64,000 nucleotides of DNA, taken from assembly GCA_043772945.1 (NCBI GenBank), contig JAYVFR010000023.1:4159-68158 (forward strand), in the 5' to 3' direction. Source of the DNA: Minisyncoccota bacterium (GTDB lineage Bacteria > Patescibacteriota > JACMRA01). Numbering within the stretch: position 1 is the first letter of the stretch; every line of letters starts with the position of its first letter. The position numbers and the translations under genes were made by a program. The notes below the pieces were generated by a model. The model had not been told where the DNA came from, ran no database searches, and saw nothing but the letters and a program-made list of their open reading frames with translations. Positions 30,173-39,546 of the stretch are shown here, in pieces.

Positions 30173-32167
30173 ATGAGAAGTAATATGAATATATCAACTT
30201 TAGCTAAAATTTTAGGCGTTGGAGTCAGTGAACTACGGGAAACTGGCGCTAAAAATAGCATCTATGGTTTCAATGGTCGCAATACTCGTATTCCATATAA
30301 TTCAGCTGTTCAAATCACTAAATTATTACGTCCTGATAGACTATCTAAGCTAAAGAATGATGATAAAATTTATTTGCCAGCCAGCCTTACTGTGGCAGAG
30401 TTTGCTGAAACAATAGGTAAGCCAGCAGGTATAGTACTAAAATCTTTAATTATGAACGGGATTATCGTTACAATGAATGAGTTAGTTGACTATGATACTG
30501 CGGTGCTAATAGCTGAAGAGCTTGGAGTCGAAACTCATCCAGAAAGTGAAGATTTAATTAGTGGTAACATTGAAAATTCAAATGATGATTTAATTAAAAT
30601 AATAGATTATGGTGATAGTAGGACAGCGGAGTATATATCACGCCCTCCAGTTATCACAGTTATGGGTCATGTGGATCATGGGAAAACAACGCTTTTAGAT
30701 ACTATTAGAAATACTAATGTCGTCTCAGGAGAGGCGGGCGCTATTACTCAACATATTGCTACTTATCAAATATCTTATAAACCTGTAACTGAGGGAGCTA
30801 AAAATCTAAATTTAGTTAAATCGAGTGATGGGGGCTATTTAGTAACTTTTGTTGATACTCCTGGACATGAAGCCTTTACTGCAATGAGAGCTCGTGGCAC
30901 ACAATTAGCCGATTATATAATTTTAATGGTTTCGGCAGTGGAAGGTCCTAAACCTCAAACAGTTGAAGTTATTGAGCGTGCTAAATTATCTAAAACTCCA
31001 GTTATTGTAGCTCTTAATAAAATTGATTTACCAGATGTAGATTTAGAGAGGGTTAAGGGTGAAATAGCAAAATACGGACTCGTTCCTGACGAGTGGGGTG
31101 GTGATACACCTTTTATACCAATCTCAGCAAAAACTGGCTTAGGTATTGATAAGCTTCTTGAAACTATTCTAGTACATTCAGAAATGCTAGAATTAAAAGG
31201 TCAAATTAACTGTCCAGGTCAGGCTGTAGTTATTGAAAGTCATTTAGATAATCAACTTGGAATTGTAGGAACAGCACTCGTTGTGAAAGGAGAGATAGCT
31301 ACGGGCGATACCGTAAGGATCGGAACTGAAGTAACAAGGCTGCGTAGACTTGAGACAACGGACTCTAAAGCTATTACAAAAGCTGGTTTGAGTGAGCCAG
31401 TAATAATACTTGGGTTGTCTAGTATAGCAAATATTGGAGAAAATTTAATTGTTTACCCAACCGTTAAAAAAGCTCAAAATGATGCAAGTTTGGAAATTAT
31501 TAAAAGATCCCAGAGCAAACGTATTACAAATACTAAATCGACCGCTACTCAATCAGGTGAAGTTGTAATTAATTTAGTTCTCAAGGCAGATGTAAACGGA
31601 TCGCTTGAAGCTTTGAAAGAAAGTATTTTAAAAATTCCACAAGATAAAGTAAAGATTGTAATCAAATTTGAAGCAGTAGGTGCTATCAATGAAGGAGATA
31701 TCGATTTTGCGGAAACTAGTAATTCTACAATTTTAGCCTTTCATACGTCAGTTAGCTCTAAACTAGAGCAGCTAATTCAAATTCGTAAACTAACTTTAAT
31801 TAAATCTGATATTATTTATGAAATTCTAGAATGGGTAGAGGAGCAAATCTTAGCTAATACTAAACACGAAACCAAAGAAATAATCTTAGGCGAGGCTAAA
31901 GTTTTAGCTATTTTCAAGTCAGAAAAAAACAATCAATTTGTCTTTGGAGGTGAGGTTATTAGTGGTAAAATTACTGATAGTAAAGAAGTAAAAATTATTA
32001 GAGGGCAACAAATAATTGGTAAATATGAAATTGTTGAATTACAAAGAAATAAAGTTAAAGCCACCGAGATAAATATAAGTCAGCAGTTTGGTATCTCAAT
32101 TAAAGGTAAGCAGAAAATTCAAGTAGGAGATATAATGCAATCAATTGATGAAATTCTGGTTAAATAA
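30173..32167 (+). CDS. infB: translation initiation factor IF-2
   Basis: 664 aa. GTPase motifs GHVDHGKTT, DTPGHEAF and NKID, plus the IF-2 C-terminal domains. Confidence 0.95.
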   Translation: MRSNMNISTLAKILGVGVSELRETGAKNSIYGFNGRNTRIPYNSAVQITKLLRPDRLSKLKNDDKIYLPASLTVAEFAETIGKPAGIVLKSLIMNGIIVTMNELVDYDTAVLIAEELGVETHPESEDLISGNIENSNDDLIKIIDYGDSRTAEYISRPPVITVMGHVDHGKTTLLDTIRNTNVVSGEAGAITQHIATYQISYKPVTEGAKNLNLVKSSDGGYLVTFVDTPGHEAFTAMRARGTQLADYIILMVSAVEGPKPQTVEVIERAKLSKTPVIVALNKIDLPDVDLERVKGEIAKYGLVPDEWGGDTPFIPISAKTGLGIDKLLETILVHSEMLELKGQINCPGQAVVIESHLDNQLGIVGTALVVKGEIATGDTVRIGTEVTRLRRLETTDSKAITKAGLSEPVIILGLSSIANIGENLIVYPTVKKAQNDASLEIIKRSQSKRITNTKSTATQSGEVVINLVLKADVNGSLEALKESILKIPQDKVKIVIKFEAVGAINEGDIDFAETSNSTILAFHTSVSSKLEQLIQIRKLTLIKSDIIYEILEWVEEQILANTKHETKEIILGEAKVLAIFKSEKNNQFVFGGEVISGKITDSKEVKIIRGQQIIGKYEIVELQRNKVKATEINISQQFGISIKGKQKIQVGDIMQSIDEILVK

Positions 32168-33692
32168 AGTATTATATCAGGTACTGACTAACTATTTACT
32201 TGCCTGGTTAGCAATTCTAGTAATTGCTCGAATTCCAAGTTTATTTGATTATCTTCGGGGTGTCGATGAGGACTATTATATGGTGATTGCTCAGAGTTTG
32301 TCTAAGGGTGGGAGGTTATATATTGATATTTGGGATAACAAACCACCTTTTTTGTATTTTGTATATTTGTTCAACTATATTTTAATTGGTCCAAGCTTGA
32401 TCGGAGTTCGTTGTGTGGGCTTGCTATTAAGTTTTTTTAGTCTAATTAGATTTAAACAAATATTAGAGTTACAAATTTTTAACTTATCTAAACAAAAAAT
32501 TTTTTTAGCTTTTAGTTTGTTTGCTTTTTTGACTACTTTTGGATGGCAAACAGTAACTTTCAATGCCGAAAATTTATTTTTACCATTGATAACTTTTGGT
32601 TTCTATTATTGGACGAGGAATTTAAATGATGCTAATTTTGATAATCTAAACTATTACAAAGGTTTAATTTGGTTTGCTCTCGCTGGATTTACTAAATTTA
32701 ATTCCTTGATAGAGGTTTTAATTTTATTATTCATTTATTTAGTAATTTTATTTAAAGATCAAACAGAAAGCCAGAAATACGTTATACAAAGTTTAACAGA
32801 AACATCAATCATAAAATCAGAAATTAAGTCAAAAATAAAAATAGATTTCCAAATTATATTGAAGGGTTTATTAATTATCGCATCGCCTTATTTAATTCTG
32901 ATACTAGTTTACGGTTTCTGGAATAAGTTACCTGAATTATACTTTGGCATTTTTGGTTTTGGTGGTAGCTATATACCGAGAGATCAGCTGTTATTGAGAG
33001 TCTTTTTCTATGTAGGATTTATTTGTATTAGCTTATTTTTATTCTTAAAATCTAAAATTTCCAAGCTCCAATACTGGGTTTGGAATTTGTGTGGAATCGA
33101 GCTTTTTGCGATTCTTTTATCAGGTAGAGGTTATCACCATTACTTAATTCAAGGATTTTTAGGGTTTGGACTTTTAATCGCTTTATTTTTAAAAGAAAAG
33201 TTTAGGATTTTAAAAACTTTGATTCTAGGAATTTCTACTCTTTTATTTTTAATCAGTTTTTTAAACACAAAAGATATTTGGAGTGGTTTCGGGACTGATA
33301 CAAATTACAATTTATTTTTAAAAACTGTTATGGGGCAAACTACTTTGCGCCAGTGGCAACTTGATAGTAGGCCTGATGCTCAGCTCGCAGAAGTTCTAGT
33401 CCCAATTATTCAAAATCACACTCAAAGCACTAATAAAATTTACTTATTTGCCAACAAACCTTTTATTTATAGTCTTGCAAATAGGCTTCCAGCCTACCCC
33501 TACCCTGTTGAGTATCAGTATCATGAACCACTTGAGGAAGTTTATCTTAAAATCAAAAAAAACGAGGCTAAACTAATAATTTTAGACAATAAATTAGAGA
33601 ATTATTCCAAATATAAAGCGCTAATTCAATCAGATTACAAACTAAATCAAATAATAAATTCACAATGGGAAGTATATGTTTTTGATAATTAG
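32145..33692 (+). CDS. GT-C membrane glycosyltransferase (ArnT/PMT, GT39/83-like)
   Basis: 515 aa, polytopic. The first-loop motif VDEDYYMVIAQSL...IWDNKPP is typical of ArnT/PMT-type polyprenyl-phosphate-sugar-dependent transferases. Confidence 0.7.
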   Translation: MMKFWLNKVLYQVLTNYLLAWLAILVIARIPSLFDYLRGVDEDYYMVIAQSLSKGGRLYIDIWDNKPPFLYFVYLFNYILIGPSLIGVRCVGLLLSFFSLIRFKQILELQIFNLSKQKIFLAFSLFAFLTTFGWQTVTFNAENLFLPLITFGFYYWTRNLNDANFDNLNYYKGLIWFALAGFTKFNSLIEVLILLFIYLVILFKDQTESQKYVIQSLTETSIIKSEIKSKIKIDFQIILKGLLIIASPYLILILVYGFWNKLPELYFGIFGFGGSYIPRDQLLLRVFFYVGFICISLFLFLKSKISKLQYWVWNLCGIELFAILLSGRGYHHYLIQGFLGFGLLIALFLKEKFRILKTLILGISTLLFLISFLNTKDIWSGFGTDTNYNLFLKTVMGQTTLRQWQLDSRPDAQLAEVLVPIIQNHTQSTNKIYLFANKPFIYSLANRLPAYPYPVEYQYHEPLEEVYLKIKKNEAKLIILDNKLENYSKYKALIQSDYKLNQIINSQWEVYVFDN

Positions 33693-33746
33693 TCTTTTTT
33701 AGAACTAATTTTTGTCAGTTCTTTCGTTTATTTTTGAGATAAAATC

Positions 33747-34061
33747 ATGACACTTAATCAGTTAATCGAACAGTTATCAAAAAATTCTAGTTTGGAAAAT
33801 TTTTCTCCACTTCCAGAGTCAGTAAAAACAGTTTGTGAAACCTTTGGTCTATTGTATGGAAATTTAAAAGCTTACCAAAATATAAGCGATAATTATGCTG
33901 ATAGATTTGATTTTGCTTATGATAGTTCTACTTCAGTACATTTTGTAAGATATTACCCAGAAAATTTGCAATCATCTAATGATGATATCATTATTGTTCA
34001 GGATCTTACAGCTAAATTTTGGTCTTATTCTGTTTCTAATGGATGGTATACTAAGAATTGA
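33747..34061 (+). CDS. hypothetical protein
   Basis: 104-aa ORF followed by a strong terminator at 34098-34132. Confidence 0.45.
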   Translation: MTLNQLIEQLSKNSSLENFSPLPESVKTVCETFGLLYGNLKAYQNISDNYADRFDFAYDSSTSVHFVRYYPENLQSSNDDIIIVQDLTAKFWSYSVSNGWYTKN

Positions 34062-34089
34062 TAAAAAAAGTCTAATGCTTTTTGATTAT

Positions 34090-34156
34090 TTCAGTATTTC
34101 CTTAATCATTTATTTGATTAGGGAATTTTTTTGTGCGTATAAAAAAACTAACTGAG
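34090..34156 (+). repeat. direct repeat copy 1 (contains terminator hairpin)
   Basis: The 58-nt block ttcagtatttccttaatcatttatttgattagggaatttttttgtgcgtataaaaaaa is identical at 34090-34147 and 35825-35882. Similarity continues through c(t/c)aactgag, with copy 2 carrying two extra A. Confidence 0.9.
34098..34132 (+). terminator. Rho-independent terminator
   Basis: 11-bp stem TTCCTTAATCA/TGATTAGGGAA (one G-U pair), a 6-nt loop and T7. Confidence 0.7.
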
Positions 34157-34236
34157 GTTAATTTACAAAACGAAAAAAGAGTGCTTAGCTAAAAGAGTTC
34201 AACGATTTATCAAGTTAAATTATTAGGAGATTTACA

Positions 34237-35148
34237 GTGAAAACTCAAAAATTGAAAAAAGACTTAGACTTATACTTGTCTTGTGCCCAGTATGAAAGAC
34301 CTTTAATCACAGATTTGAAGCTAATTCTAAAGAATTGCAATTTTAATGATATTGAGTTTTTTTTGAAAAAGTTAGGTTATAATCCACCATCTTTAAAAGA
34401 TGTTTTATGTGAGACAAGACAAATTTTATCACTTATGCCTCTTTTAGCTAAAAAATTGTTATCTCTAGCAGGTAATAAAAATTTAGTTTTTTTAGGGCGA
34501 GATGCTGAAATTATGTATGACTATTTTGTTTTACATTATCCCAAATTAAGGCACAAACTAAGACTATTACCAGCAAGTACAGCTCTTTGGGATTACTTTG
34601 ATTCAGAATCAAATCCCCAAAAAGTGAGAAAATTCTTTGAATACTATGAAGTTCCAGTGAATTATTTAGCTAATTCTGTATTAGTTGACACTGGTTTTGT
34701 TGGAAGAATCGGATATAGAATTTGGAGAAATTTATCTCAAATTACAGGTAACAGTATTGAATCACACAAGTTGCAGACTCCAATTTACTTAGTTTGTAAG
34801 TTTGTAAGAGCAGGTTATGGAACTCAGATTGAAGCTTTTGCAAACCTCGATGAAGATAGTATTTGTTATTCTTTTTTTCCTCGAGAACACGCCCAGATTA
34901 TATACCCCCGAAGCGAAAATTTTGCTTATCACTTAGCTACTGCAATGCAATTTAGTCCTCGTTATTTCGGGCATTATAATAGAGTTGATAGAAGTGGCAG
35001 AGCTTTATTTGCAAATGAACCTCTGGTTTTTGATATTGCGTCACCGATTCTAAATCAGTATGCCAAAATAATTTATAACTGGTCATGTGTCAACCCTCTT
35101 GGGGCTTTAGCAGTTCAAATGGAGCAAATTTGTTTGCTAAACATTTAG
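34237..35148 (+). CDS. hypothetical protein (cassette gene 1)
   Basis: 303 aa with a GTG start 7 nt after AGGAGAT. LVFLGRDAEIMYDYF and VLVDTGFVGRIG loosely resemble a family of predicted HAD-like hydrolases. Unverified. Confidence 0.55.
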   Translation: MKTQKLKKDLDLYLSCAQYERPLITDLKLILKNCNFNDIEFFLKKLGYNPPSLKDVLCETRQILSLMPLLAKKLLSLAGNKNLVFLGRDAEIMYDYFVLHYPKLRHKLRLLPASTALWDYFDSESNPQKVRKFFEYYEVPVNYLANSVLVDTGFVGRIGYRIWRNLSQITGNSIESHKLQTPIYLVCKFVRAGYGTQIEAFANLDEDSICYSFFPREHAQIIYPRSENFAYHLATAMQFSPRYFGHYNRVDRSGRALFANEPLVFDIASPILNQYAKIIYNWSCVNPLGALAVQMEQICLLNI

Positions 35149-35214
35149 CAATGTGTGTGAATTACTGAATACAGTTAGTGTCAATTAAAAAATCTGCAAA
35201 ACAGGAGATTAATA

Positions 35215-35808
35215 GTGAATAAAGTAGAATTAGCAAGACTTATCAACTCACTTTCCACCGAAACTAATCATACTCAACCAAGCTGGTTTAATTCAGGTTT
35301 AGCCTTTTTGTACTGCGATGCGGGTAGTTCCGAATCATTAAAAAAATTAAACTTGTTGTTTAGGAAAATGCATATTAAAACTTGCTGGTCGTACGTTGGA
35401 GGTATTGCTGTTTTTAAAGTCCAGTATCAAAGAGACGTTACAAGAGCTTTAAGCTTTCTCGTGGAAAATATCTACGTTAAAGTTGAGGTTGATCTTCCTT
35501 CTTCTTGTAGGAAATTTAGAGGTAAACTCCCTCTTAATCCTAAGTTTTTAACTAATATTCCTCCGCTAGAAGTTAATGAGTATACGAATGAAAAGATTTT
35601 AGCACGCCATGTCTATGCATTTCCTCTGGCAATTTATAAGTCAAATACTTTAGCTTTATTGCGTAAAGCTGATCGTAGAGTTGTCAAAGGAAATAATTCT
35701 CAAACTTATTATTGGCATCGTGTTTATCCAATTCTTTTGGATTTACCTGATATTGGGTTTCGCTATGATCAGGATCTTTTTGGTGTAGAATTTCCTTATC
35801 AAAGGTAG
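35215..35808 (+). CDS. hypothetical protein (cassette gene 2)
   Basis: 197 aa with a GTG start 7 nt after AGGAGAT. No motif recognised. Confidence 0.55.
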   Translation: MNKVELARLINSLSTETNHTQPSWFNSGLAFLYCDAGSSESLKKLNLLFRKMHIKTCWSYVGGIAVFKVQYQRDVTRALSFLVENIYVKVEVDLPSSCRKFRGKLPLNPKFLTNIPPLEVNEYTNEKILARHVYAFPLAIYKSNTLALLRKADRRVVKGNNSQTYYWHRVYPILLDLPDIGFRYDQDLFGVEFPYQR

Positions 35809-35824
35809 TTGGCTGGTCACATAA

Positions 35825-35893
35825 TTCAGTATTTCCTTAATCATTTATTTGATTAGGGAATTTTTTTGTGCGTATAAAAAAAAACCAACTGAG
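35825..35893 (+). repeat. direct repeat copy 2 (contains terminator hairpin)
   Basis: Second copy of the 34090-34156 element, 1735 nt downstream of the first. Confidence 0.9.
35833..35867 (+). terminator. Rho-independent terminator (duplicate)
   Basis: Same hairpin plus T7 as 34098-34132. Confidence 0.7.
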
Positions 35894-35960
35894 ACTAAAT
35901 AAATTAGAATAGTTAGTTATGAGGTTGGGCGACCGAAAGCAAAGTTAGGACTAAGCTAGA

Positions 35961-36656
35961 TTATACATGGAAATATCGACGAAGCTCTTTTTCATTTGTT
36001 TGAATGTAAGGTGTGATCCATGGATCAATGCTCAATTCTGAACTTAGGGCAATCTTCAATTCGTCCCAAGTTAGATACGCAATTGATAAGTCTACATCTT
36101 TTTCACGTTGAGTATTCGTAATGTTACCTTTACAGATGTACACAACGCAAGAGTGCACTAGTCGCGGAGTTGGGTTTGCGACCATAATTGGTTCGATAGC
36201 CGAAAGGGTAATACCACATTCTTCCTTAAATTCTCTTATCAAAGCTCCATCGTAAACTTTTTTAGCTTCTTGGTTACTATTTCCAGCAGTTCCACCAGGA
36301 AGAGCAACTCCCTGCAACAATGGTTTATTTTTAAAAACTGCCACAAATTTTCCTTTGTACTTTCCAGATTGAATTTGACAAACCCCAATACTTGCACCTG
36401 ACGAGTAAGTAAAAGCAATACTTCCATCGCTGTTTAAAACAGCAATTTGTTTACTGTAGTCTCCAGAGTCTCCTGTGGGAGCGCCAGAGAGGAAACGGCG
36501 ACCGTTAAGAACTTGAAATGGAGTAGGTGGGTATTCTTCAAAAACACTCCAAATACGACGGGGATTTTTGAACATATCTTTGATTGCATCCTCAGGAATT
36601 TTAGTTCCTGTCGTAAAGCCAGCTTTGTCCAAAATTTTGCGAATATTAGTAGCCAT
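35961..36656 (-). CDS. NUDIX-like hydrolase
   Basis: 231 aa. LPGGTAGNSNQEAKKVYDGALIREFKEECGI approximates a Nudix box with extended spacing. Confidence 0.55.
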   Translation of the reverse strand: MATNIRKILDKAGFTTGTKIPEDAIKDMFKNPRRIWSVFEEYPPTPFQVLNGRRFLSGAPTGDSGDYSKQIAVLNSDGSIAFTYSSGASIGVCQIQSGKYKGKFVAVFKNKPLLQGVALPGGTAGNSNQEAKKVYDGALIREFKEECGITLSAIEPIMVANPTPRLVHSCVVYICKGNITNTQREKDVDLSIAYLTWDELKIALSSELSIDPWITPYIQTNEKELRRYFHV

Positions 36657-36891
36657 TGTTTTTTAAAAACGGGTGAATAGGTTTGAATTCCCGTCTCCTA
36701 GAGAGGAGATAAGCATGAAAATTTGTTTTGTGCAAGCACTCAAAACTTTATTAAAACCTTGATTATCTTTCTACCACTTGCTTTTTTTGTAAAAAAGTGT
36801 TTATGCTAATTGCAAATTAATTTAACATTCAATTTGTTATTTTAAAATCACTTCTTCTATATTTTTTTCTCTATCGTTTTTACTACTATTT

Positions 36892-38703
36892 ATGACTAAA
36901 AAAATTTTACTTTCATTAACTATTCTACTACTTTTTATTAGCACTCTTTCAATTTTAAGTATTAAAACTATCAACACTCAGGCCGCAACCAATGACTGGC
37001 AGGAAAAAGGAATTAACGTACAATCAAACTACGCTGAGGATTTTGCATCTGATAATTTCAAACAATCAATGCGTAAGGCTTACGAGGCAGGAATTCGCAC
37101 TGCTGTGCTTGTAGTTAGTTATTCGCAATCAAATCTTTATGCTGATGATTTGAAGCCTGCTTATAATACACCATCTGATAATGCTCTTCAGGTTGCTATA
37201 ACTTATTTGAAAAGTATTGGAATCACTCCTTCAATTAAAGTTTTTGCAGAAAGTCCTGATGGCTGGCGAGCTTATATGAATCCAACTAATCGTGATGCAT
37301 GGTTTACTAATTACAACAATATTTTAATTAAATACGCTAAAATTGCTGAATCTAATGGTTTAAAGCTTTTTTGTATTGGGACTGAGATGATTAAATTAAC
37401 TAGTAGTAACGAAAATCCTGACAATACTAGAAGATGGAAAGAGATGATAGCAAATTTACGTAAAATTTACAGTGGGAAACTTACTTATAGTGCCCAATTT
37501 GATAGAACTTGGTGGAATGAAATTGATAATATTGGGTTTTTTGATGATTTAGATATAATTAGTATTTCAGCTTATTACATACTTACTAAGTCAACTAATC
37601 CAAGTGTTGAGGATTTGAAATCTGCTTGGAGCCAGACCGAAGCAAGAGATATTTTGCCAATTTACAATAAATACAAGAAGCCAATAACTTTTACTGAATT
37701 TGGTTATAAATCTATGGATAGAGCTTTTGAAGTTCCTGGAGATTGGTCAATTAATAGTGGCTACAATGAAAACAATCAGGTTAACGGCTTTGAGGCATTT
37801 TTCCAATATTTTAGTAATAAACCATATTTTAATGGTGTTCACATTTGGGATTGGTCTACTAATCCTAATGCTGGGGGCTACGGCAATACTGATTATACTC
37901 CCCAGAACAAAAAAACTGAAGCGGTAATCAAAAAATATTTTGGAGGATCTGGAAGTGTCGTTTCATCATCTTCTTCAACTTCTACACAAACTAGCCCTGC
38001 AACTAGCTCAAGCTCAGCGAGTTCCTCAAGCTCTACACCAAACACAAATCCTAGTCCTCAAACTAAAACTTTTGGGTTAAGTGCCAATCAAAGCCAGAAT
38101 AATTTATTAGTTAATGTAAAAAATAACTCAAATACTAATTACAGTGGTTTAAATTTGATTATAGAAATTTATAATTCTAACAACCAAAGGGTGAATCAAA
38201 TTGTTTATGCTAACGCAAGTTATAAAGCTGGCGAAAAAGAAACTTTGACAATTGACTTAAACAAACTGCCTAAAACTGCGGGTAAATACACTATTAAAGT
38301 TGGAATTTTTAATACTAATTGGACAGTAGCGTACACCTGGGAAGGACTGGCTGGTGAATACACAATTAAAGAAAACACCGCTAATCCTGCAAATCCCATT
38401 CAGGCTCCAGGCAAAATTGAAATTTGGTGGCCAGCAGATAATAAGGCAGTTAGCGGAGTTCAGCCGTTTAAAGCAATCGTTAGCGGTATGAAATTAACAG
38501 ACTACAAAATGTATTGGCAAGTAGATAATGGCAGACTGATTGAGATGTACGATTCAAACGACGGTTACGCTCACAAAGAATCTTGGGTTGATTTATCTAA
38601 TTGGAAGTGGCAAGGAACAAACGCTTATACATTAAACTTCATTGCTAAAGACAAAGCAGATGTTACAATCCAGACCCAAACCACAAAAATCTATGTGAAG
38701 TAG
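36892..38703 (+). CDS. secreted clan GH-A-like TIM-barrel glycoside hydrolase with Ser-rich linker and C-terminal beta-rich domains
   Basis: 603 aa with a signal peptide ending TQAA. Candidate acid/base CIGTEM and nucleophile ITFTEFGY are spaced about 100 aa apart. A poly-Ser/Thr linker sits at about aa 355-385. Family not assigned. Confidence 0.65.
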   Translation: MTKKILLSLTILLLFISTLSILSIKTINTQAATNDWQEKGINVQSNYAEDFASDNFKQSMRKAYEAGIRTAVLVVSYSQSNLYADDLKPAYNTPSDNALQVAITYLKSIGITPSIKVFAESPDGWRAYMNPTNRDAWFTNYNNILIKYAKIAESNGLKLFCIGTEMIKLTSSNENPDNTRRWKEMIANLRKIYSGKLTYSAQFDRTWWNEIDNIGFFDDLDIISISAYYILTKSTNPSVEDLKSAWSQTEARDILPIYNKYKKPITFTEFGYKSMDRAFEVPGDWSINSGYNENNQVNGFEAFFQYFSNKPYFNGVHIWDWSTNPNAGGYGNTDYTPQNKKTEAVIKKYFGGSGSVVSSSSSTSTQTSPATSSSSASSSSSTPNTNPSPQTKTFGLSANQSQNNLLVNVKNNSNTNYSGLNLIIEIYNSNNQRVNQIVYANASYKAGEKETLTIDLNKLPKTAGKYTIKVGIFNTNWTVAYTWEGLAGEYTIKENTANPANPIQAPGKIEIWWPADNKAVSGVQPFKAIVSGMKLTDYKMYWQVDNGRLIEMYDSNDGYAHKESWVDLSNWKWQGTNAYTLNFIAKDKADVTIQTQTTKIYVK

Positions 38704-38842
38704 GTACGCGAAAAAAAGTACAAATAAAAAGCATTTGACAAAACCCTCATTTTTTTTTTTATGTTATTAGGTAGGTTTTGATAATTCATTTTATCATCGC
38801 TCATTGACCTACTCTTCTGCTTGAAACCAAGTAGATGAACTC

Positions 38843-39166
38843 ATGTTTAAGCGTTCTGGTTTTCAAAAAGCGATTGCAACTACTTTAAGCGTTGCTAGCC
38901 TTACAGCTCTTTCCATTTTGCCACTTGCTAAACCCGCAGAAGCGCTTGGTAAACCTATTCGACTAGGTGCACCCTTTACGATTTGTATCGATCGATCAGA
39001 TCCCAATTGCGTGTATCTTTTACGACGAGCAAACTTGTTTATTCCTGACAAAGACTGCAAAGTTTCTTATTCACGTGAATATCCAACTGTTAAGGTTGTT
39101 AGGGTCTGGGGAGTACCATTTTGTGCTGTTCTAGCAAGTGATGCGAAAACCACTCCTGAATCTTAA
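38843..39166 (+). CDS. small secreted cysteine-containing protein
   Basis: 107 aa with a signal peptide ending AKPAEA. The mature part has five Cys. Visibly more G+C-rich than its surroundings. Confidence 0.5.
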   Translation: MFKRSGFQKAIATTLSVASLTALSILPLAKPAEALGKPIRLGAPFTICIDRSDPNCVYLLRRANLFIPDKDCKVSYSREYPTVKVVRVWGVPFCAVLASDAKTTPES

Positions 39167-39192
39167 GTTTCTTTAAAATCTAGTTGATTTAC

Positions 39193-39230
39193 CTCTCTTA
39201 TCATAATTAAAAAAGGTAAGAGAGTTTTTT
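39193..39230 (+). terminator. Rho-independent terminator
   Basis: 8-bp stem CTCTCTTA/TAAGAGAG, a 16-nt loop and T6, 27 nt after the stop of the 107-aa gene. Confidence 0.55.
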
Positions 39231-39474
39231 AAATTCCATATTATGACCATCTCCAAATTCATTAAAAACTTAGATTATAAATTACAAGGCAATCCATTTT
39301 TTATAGTATGGCTTTTTTATATATGCCTTAGAGTACCTCTAATGTGGTATGAAGGATTAACAAAAATAATAAAAAAAAGAAATAAGTAATTTAAGCCATT
39401 CTACTTGCACATTATATTTTATTGTACCTAGTATTAGATTCTAATTCCCGAGGGTTCTTTTTAATTTAATATTT

Positions 39475-39546
39475 ATCAACCTTTAAATAGGCTTCAGTTG
39501 TAAAATTTTTAATCCATATTTTTGCATTTTCATCAAAGTTAAAATT
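39475..39546 (-). pseudogene. relic of the N-terminal coding region (codons ~25-48) of an RM enzyme like the one at 40891-44142
   Basis: 66 of 72 nt are identical to 43999-44070. The minus strand translates to NFNFDENAKIWIKNFTTEAYLKVD, against NFDSDEDAKIWIKNFTTGAYLKVD in the intact gene. It is followed at once by a stop and has no start codon. Confidence 0.7.

Noticed and set aside
34090-35893. Integron attC sites flanking the two-gene cassette
   Set aside because: The repeat is a simple GC-poor hairpin followed by T7, which is an intrinsic terminator. It has no R'/R'' core sites (GTTRRRY), and no intI gene or attI is in the window.
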